The notes beneath the pieces were generated by a model. That model had not been told where the DNA came from, ran no database searches, and was given only the letters and a program-made list of their open reading frames with translations. A stretch of DNA of 64,000 nucleotides, taken from contig OZ176054.1 in assembly GCA_964247055.1 (NCBI GenBank), positions 9,176,001 through 9,240,000 of the forward strand, read 5' to 3'. The first letter of the stretch is position 1, and the number at the start of each line of letters is the position of its first letter. Source of the stretch: Paragordius varius (taxonomy: Eukaryota > Animalia > Nematomorpha). This document shows positions 63,468 to 64,000 of this stretch, one piece after another. The translations under genes and the position numbers were made by a program.

Positions 63468-64000
63468 GTGACCAGATATTTTGAACTTTGATGCAGTACA
63501 AAATTAAAATATAATTTGCCTGTTTTTACACCATCGGTGTGGTATAATACCCAGTTTCCACAAAAAAATATCCTGTTGATATATATATATATATATGGAA
63601 AATATCAGGATTATCATGATGCTTTTAGTTTTAACCTTTACGAGTTAGTAAAGAAAGTTATTTACACTTTTTGTGGTAAGCGCTCCGTATAAAATTGCAA
63701 AAGGTGCGCAATTTTTCCATGCATACTTTCAAAAATTTAATTTTTAGCAAGATTTTGTTGAAGCATACTTCATACTATTTTGAGCATAGGAAACGAAATG
63801 AACGGTTTAGATGTCATTTTATATATATAATTCGATAATGCTAATTTCTAAATCAGAATTTTGATTAAAATATTCGTTCGTTTTCAAATTTATGGTAAAT
63901 AAAAATTGTGTTTTATACAAAAATTCACCAAAATTTGCAAGCAAAGAAACCTTTAAATTAAAATTCCGAATGTTCAACATCATTTAAAAATTTTTATTAT
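63468..64000 (+). repeat. Repeat family D copy, running off the window end
   Basis: Collinear with 47005-47690. Confidence 0.7.

Noticed and set aside
1-64000. Prokaryotic or viral defence system, or bacterial contamination
   Set aside because: All recognisable genes are eukaryotic, most with spliceosomal introns; no operon-like bacterial genes were seen.

Overview
Very AT-rich eukaryotic (metazoan) genomic DNA using the standard genetic code; it is not prokaryotic and has no CRISPR array or rRNA. Genes I could reconstruct by hand: a JmjC hydroxylase of the HSPBAP1 type (minus, 355-5412), tRNA-Lys(UUU) (5450-5522), an intronless condensin II kleisin CAP-H2 (minus, 7696-9903), a 25-exon SLIT-ROBO RhoGAP (srGAP; F-BAR/RhoGAP/SH3; minus, 15475-40918), a head-to-head pair of two-exon LRR-transmembrane receptors with Toll-like ectodomains but no TIR domain (49170-52521 minus, 52675-56756 plus), a pseudogenised fragment of a paralogue (~57035-57830), RNA polymerase II subunit RPB11 (60929-61326) and an unrecognised 317-aa ORF 72 bp downstream of it. 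Introns and intergenic DNA are packed with transposon material: a Harbinger with intact ends, RTE LINE fragments, mariner and hAT relics, and several MITE families including a nested piggyBac-like pair. The most notable observations are (i) 21-25 nt GT-AG introns in HSPBAP1 and RPB11, coexisting with ordinary 83 bp to multi-kb introns in srGAP, and (ii) the divergent TIR-less LRR receptor pair with only 153 bp between start codons. The organism cannot be identified from this window; such tiny introns are known in dicyemids, but that is only a pointer. All gene models are manual and unverified by RNA data or database searches.
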